The position numbers and the translations under genes are program-made. Positions 62,550-64,000 of a DNA stretch of 64,000 bases are shown here, piece by piece (positions within the stretch are counted from its first letter, which is position 1; every line of letters starts with the position of its first letter). The stretch comes from an uncultured Bacteroidia bacterium (GTDB taxonomy: Bacteria; Bacteroidota; Bacteroidia; Bacteroidales; F082), in NCBI GenBank assembly GCA_902799345.1, contig CADBZW010000020.1:50603-114602 (forward strand), in the 5' to 3' direction. A model generated the notes under the pieces. The model was not told where the DNA came from. It saw only the letters and a list, made by a program, of their open reading frames with translations, and made no database searches.

Positions 62550-63224
62550 TCAGTCGTTTTTCCAGGCGTTGACTTCGGTGAGGAGCCATTGGACGAAGGC
62601 ATCCACGCCCTCCCCTGTCTTGGCGCAGATGGGGATGACTTGTGCTTTGGGATTACGCTGGTGGATGTAGGATTTACAGCGTTCGAGGTCGAAGTCGAAA
62701 TACGGCATAACGTCCGTCTTATTAATCAAGACAAGGTCGCACACCGTGAACATCAAAGGATATTTCAGCGGTTTGTCGTCGCCTTCCGGCACGGAGAGAA
62801 TCATCGCGTTGCGGACGGCACCCGTGTCGAACTCAGCGGGGCATACAAGATTCCCAACGTTTTCTAGGACGACCAAATCCACCTCTTTCAAGGCCACGTT
62901 GTCGAGCCCTTGACGTGTCATCTTCGCATCGAGGTGGCACATGCCTCCTGTATGAAGTTGGATGGACGGGACGCCTGTGGCCTCCACAATCTTGACGGCA
63001 TCCACATCGCTGTCGATATCGGCCTCCATCACTGCCACACGCACCATGTCCTTGATGCGATTGAGGGTTTGGATAAGGGTTGTCGTCTTGCCGCTTCCAG
63101 GGGCTGACATCAAGTTAAGAAGGAATACACCTTTCGTTTTCAGTTCCTTACGTAAAGCATTGGCATCTTTGTCGTTATCTTCGAAAACACTTTTCTTGAT
63201 CTCGATAACTCTAACTTCGTCCAT
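62550..63224 (-). CDS. hypB: Ni-enzyme maturation GTPase HypB
   Basis: The P-loop is LNLMSAPGSGKTTTL. Also present are the CH motif context HTGGMCHLDA and NVGNLVCPAEFD, INKTD. The start is refined to MDEVRV at 63224. A CAAAGATA box lies at 63243-63250. Confidence 0.9.
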   Translation of the reverse strand: MDEVRVIEIKKSVFEDNDKDANALRKELKTKGVFLLNLMSAPGSGKTTTLIQTLNRIKDMVRVAVMEADIDSDVDAVKIVEATGVPSIQLHTGGMCHLDAKMTRQGLDNVALKEVDLVVLENVGNLVCPAEFDTGAVRNAMILSVPEGDDKPLKYPLMFTVCDLVLINKTDVMPYFDFDLERCKSYIHQRNPKAQVIPICAKTGEGVDAFVQWLLTEVNAWKND

Positions 63225-63322
63225 AAATTTTGGTATTTGCGGCAAAGATAAGGGAAAAACGCATTCAAACCCCAATCTTTACTGAAAATAGCAAAGAAAA
63301 GCGGGTTATGACGAAAGAAACC

Positions 63323-63880
63323 TTAGGCGAGAGTTGTTTGGGTAGGGTATCCTGTCTCATTCCAGGCTACACTATAATACTTGGAGAAATAACGTCTGGC
63401 GTGACGGTTGGCGCGGATCTCGGTCCAAAACACATTATGATTGCCCTTGCCCGTAGCGCTCAGAAGGCTGGACAAACCGATAACAGGCAGATAAAACCAG
63501 CCGAAAAGCCGGCTATCGGCTGTATGGCCAAACTCGTGCATACAGATTGGGTTGCCAAGGATATAAGCCTCACCTTCTCCAAGCATCCAAGGGCCGGCCC
63601 AAAGGTCGACGAAAGTACCCAACGACACACCCATACTATAGCCACATCCCAATTTCGTCGCGAAGGTGATGCCGCCCAAGGTATCGACGCGGTCGACCTG
63701 ACCAGCCAAAGCCCTTCCTACAGAATAGAGCCATCCCACAAGGGTCTGCGGCAATTCCCAAGTGTATCTTGAAAAGAGTTGCCATACGCGGCCCCATGGC
63801 GAACGGTTATTGTCGGTCAGAAAGAGGCCTTGGGTGAGTTGGGCAACGAAACTAAATCTATTTGAAAAGGTTACTTGCAT
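63323..63880 (-). CDS. Hypothetical protein with HExxH zinc-metallopeptidase-like motif
   Basis: Contains CMHEFGHTADS. The start is refined to MQVTFSN at 63880. A CAAAGATA box lies at 63896-63903. Confidence 0.5.
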   Translation of the reverse strand: MQVTFSNRFSFVAQLTQGLFLTDNNRSPWGRVWQLFSRYTWELPQTLVGWLYSVGRALAGQVDRVDTLGGITFATKLGCGYSMGVSLGTFVDLWAGPWMLGEGEAYILGNPICMHEFGHTADSRLFGWFYLPVIGLSSLLSATGKGNHNVFWTEIRANRHARRYFSKYYSVAWNETGYPTQTTLA

Positions 63881-64000
63881 AACAAGAAAGTTGCGCAAAG
63901 ATACGCAACTTTCCAACATTAAACATAAAGCATGTTCTATTGAACCTTATAGCCTCATAAAAACAAAGAAACTACTATTTCAAATAAGTTACCTTATCGC

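Overview
This 64 kb window looks like a Bacteroidota chromosome, probably Bacteroidales or Prevotellaceae-like. The evidence is four proteins with T9SS C-terminal sorting domains, TAnnTTTG -7 promoter boxes upstream of many genes, an ECF sigma/FecR pair, and Bacteroidales-type gene content. No rRNA, tRNA, CRISPR array, integrase or transposase was found.

Most of the window is housekeeping: sppA tail, ABC-F ATPase, rplU-rpmA, rsmA, lolE-like/rbfA, dtd, holA, rsmD, rluE and hypA/hypB. Accessory blocks are interspersed among these genes:

1. **Island at 309-7467.** This compositionally mosaic, lower-GC island lies between sppA and the ABC-F gene. It contains a tightly coupled, strongly AT-rich minus-strand operon: lipoprotein, PH-like protein, two small membrane proteins, four tandem paralogous small proteins and a classical AAA+ ATPase. 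An LHH-type HNH/EndoVII nuclease toxin cassette follows, flanked by an intact and a decayed copy of a small zinc-ribbon gene. This is my best candidate for an undescribed conflict or defence-type system.
2. **ECF sigma operon at 9457-19249.** An ECF sigma/FecR pair is followed by an unusual STN-domain plus small beta-barrel protein and two ~1000 aa T9SS cargo proteins.
3. **Hydrolase operon at 29310-40522.** This + strand operon encodes a binding protein, a type-B carboxylesterase, three Amidohydro_3 paralogues, a DUF3089-like hydrolase, a MATE exporter and a GNAT. A second carboxylesterase and a C10 peptidase lie just upstream.
4. **hypB to hypA segment.** hypB and hypA bracket a ~940 aa Fe-S/FAD oxidoreductase whose 3' end is frameshifted.
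5. **Small ParE-like toxin-antitoxin module.**

Intergenic spacers carry an unusual family of 7-8 nt periodic word repeats (AGTT-, GTCCCG/GTCTCG-, GCTnnnn- and TTCAAAA-types). There is also a duplicated ~72 bp intergenic element and a pair of perfect TTACCC-N4-GGGTAA palindromes in the LuxR/outer-membrane-receptor divergent region. All calls come from reading the translations and DNA by eye. No database search was run.
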